A stretch of 64,000 nucleotides of DNA from Botryllus schlosseri (Eukaryota), in NCBI GenBank assembly GCA_051294905.1, contig CM119371.1, forward strand, positions 620,001 to 684,000. Direction: 5' to 3'. Positions 62,151 through 64,000 of this stretch are shown here, in pieces; positions within the stretch are counted from its first letter, which is position 1, and every line of letters starts with the position of its first letter. A program made the position numbers and the translations under genes. The notes under the pieces are model-generated. The model did no database searches, was not told the origin of the DNA, and saw nothing but the letters and a program-made list of their open reading frames with translations.

Positions 62151-63280
62151 CTGAAAACAAGCAAGCACTGAAACCAAGCACACATAGCATGCGCTTGAAA
62201 TTGCGCTTACTGACTTCTTATGGGTGTATCTATCCATCCAATGTCGCCAACTATACTACTTCTGTAGCAATAATGCCGGGAATTATACCAACGCGAGAGA
62301 CACGGTGCATATTTTTGTTTCTTTATTCATATTATGTTGAATTGCACAAAATCGGGGCAGTTTCATGCTACCCGAAAGAATGGGTAAAGGGATACCGTTT
62401 TTTTTATATATACAGGAGACAACAGATGGAGATAGATGATAGACGTATCTCAATAATATTTTGTGATATCACGATATTGGTGGCGCAAAATTTATCACCA
62501 TCACAAAGGGGGTAGTGTCTAAAAAAGCTTGAGAGCCTCTGGTTTTGAGCAGCGGTTTCATCACATTTTAGAGCGCTACCAAATCTTGTGTTAGTTTACA
62601 TCTCACGACCTAAGCTGCGCGCATCATAAAAATGCATTTCTGACACAATTAAGCCTATGCAACGTTTTACGAGCATGTATGAATAAGACAAGATGCTGAA
62701 AAAAACACATTCAATATTAAAGAACATTTACTTTTTTTGAGTACTTGAGTAGACCTTTTCTGTTTCCAATCTACTTTACTATGTTTAGGCAGAACAAATT
62801 AATTTTTACAGCTTGGGATTTATAAACTAGAATGTGGTTTTGAGATAGGTTCCTAGCACTTCTATGTATAAATTTCCATAACGGTTTAAGTAGCGACTGT
62901 ATCAAGGTAATTAAATATATTTTCCAAAATGGCACCAATAATTGAAAATATTTCTGGGCTCATTTTCAATTCAGTAATTTGCATTATCAGTGGTGCCAAT
63001 AAGCGACAAGCGACAGTGTACAGCGACACACAATTTAGTTAGTTAGTTGCAGATCTTCAAAGGCCATTGTTCAACTTCTAGTTTCGCATCTCGAAAATCA
63101 GTAGTTCGTACAAGTTTTCTCATTTATATTAGTTTAAGAAGTGAGTATAGTTTCTTCCTCATTTGCTGAATGGTGATTTAGTATTGTTAACGAGGAATGG
63201 CGGCAGAAAATTAAACGGATATTGATAAAAGTTTATGTAAAATATAAGTTCACAAATCTCAGCATCACTTGAAGTTTTAC

Positions 63281-63517
63281 CTTTTTCCAATTGACAATTC
63301 AACTATTAGCCTGTCATTGGTCCAAAAATGTTGTTATTGATATTAAAACTTCTCAGAGCTTTCAAAGCGCGTTCGACTGTTCATGCTTGAAGTTGATAAA
63401 TGCGAATCATAGCTTTCTTCTAACTTCATGTACGTTGAAATTCTTCAGATCTCGCATCAGTCGAGATTCCGCGATAACTACACCTCGTCGATCTTTGTTT
63501 TGGAACAGGAGACGCTC
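63281..63517 (-). pseudogene. RBM28: RBM28-like RRM4 exon, third more divergent copy
   Basis: ERLLFQNKDRRGVVIAESRLMRDLK...KL*FAFINF.../ALKALRSFNINNNIFGPM. Confidence 0.85.
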
Positions 63518-64000
63518 CTGAAAACATGATGTCATCAGTTTAGCGAAGCACTCATAGAGTAAACGTGTTAGCCAATAGCAAAGAAAAGCTAGACAGTCGA
63601 ATCAGCCATTTCGAACAGTTTTGTTCTGCACCCTTTTGGCGAAAAAAAGGGATACACTGCTTTCTCTGAGTTAACCGGAAAATCAATTGCTCTCTTCATT
63701 GCTGTGCATAAAGGCATACAACGCATTCAAAAGACATCAGTGTTGCGGATTGCATTAATCGCTGCTGCTGTGTACAGCAGTAATTCACACGGATCGCACA
63801 AAGCGCACGTTAGTTATACCTCCTGGTTAGTTGTATGGTACGATATTTTCGATACCAGACCATTCAACAATTACTGTGTATTGTATTACGGTGTAACACA
63901 CACACACATATAGGGTGTAGTACTTTTCGATACCTACGACAATGCAACTAACTGCTGAACTGTCAAGGAAGAGTATTTAGCTTTTTTGTGTTTACTTTAG

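Overview
AT-rich eukaryotic (animal, probably invertebrate) genomic DNA. I can support no intact host gene, RNA gene or CRISPR array. The window has five main components. (1) A ~17-21 kb segmental duplication (about 2090-18980 vs 38880-60370, same orientation). It carries decayed minus-strand exons of an RBM28/Nop4-like RRM gene in repeated and partly scrambled order, plus probable sushi/C-type-lectin exon remnants. (2) A young hAT (hATm-like) DNA transposon with perfect 144-bp TIRs and a twice-frameshifted transposase (19961-23659). (3) A nearly intact Bel/Pao LTR retrotransposon (28558-35164) nested in a decayed hAT element, itself nested in a MITE. (4) A second three-level nest, hAT-type element > P element > Chapaev3 (46992-53725), which is absent from the paralogous copy. 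(5) Many hAT-type MITEs with 8-bp TSDs. The most unusual signal is in the Bel/Pao element. It has no tRNA-type primer-binding site. Instead, the 10 nt abutting the 5' LTR are perfectly complementary to a site inside its own LTR just downstream of a TATA-like motif, suggesting Tf1-like self-primed reverse transcription. It also has TA..CA LTR termini and a SAP domain at the Gag N-terminus. All family and gene assignments come from motif recognition by eye; no database search was run.
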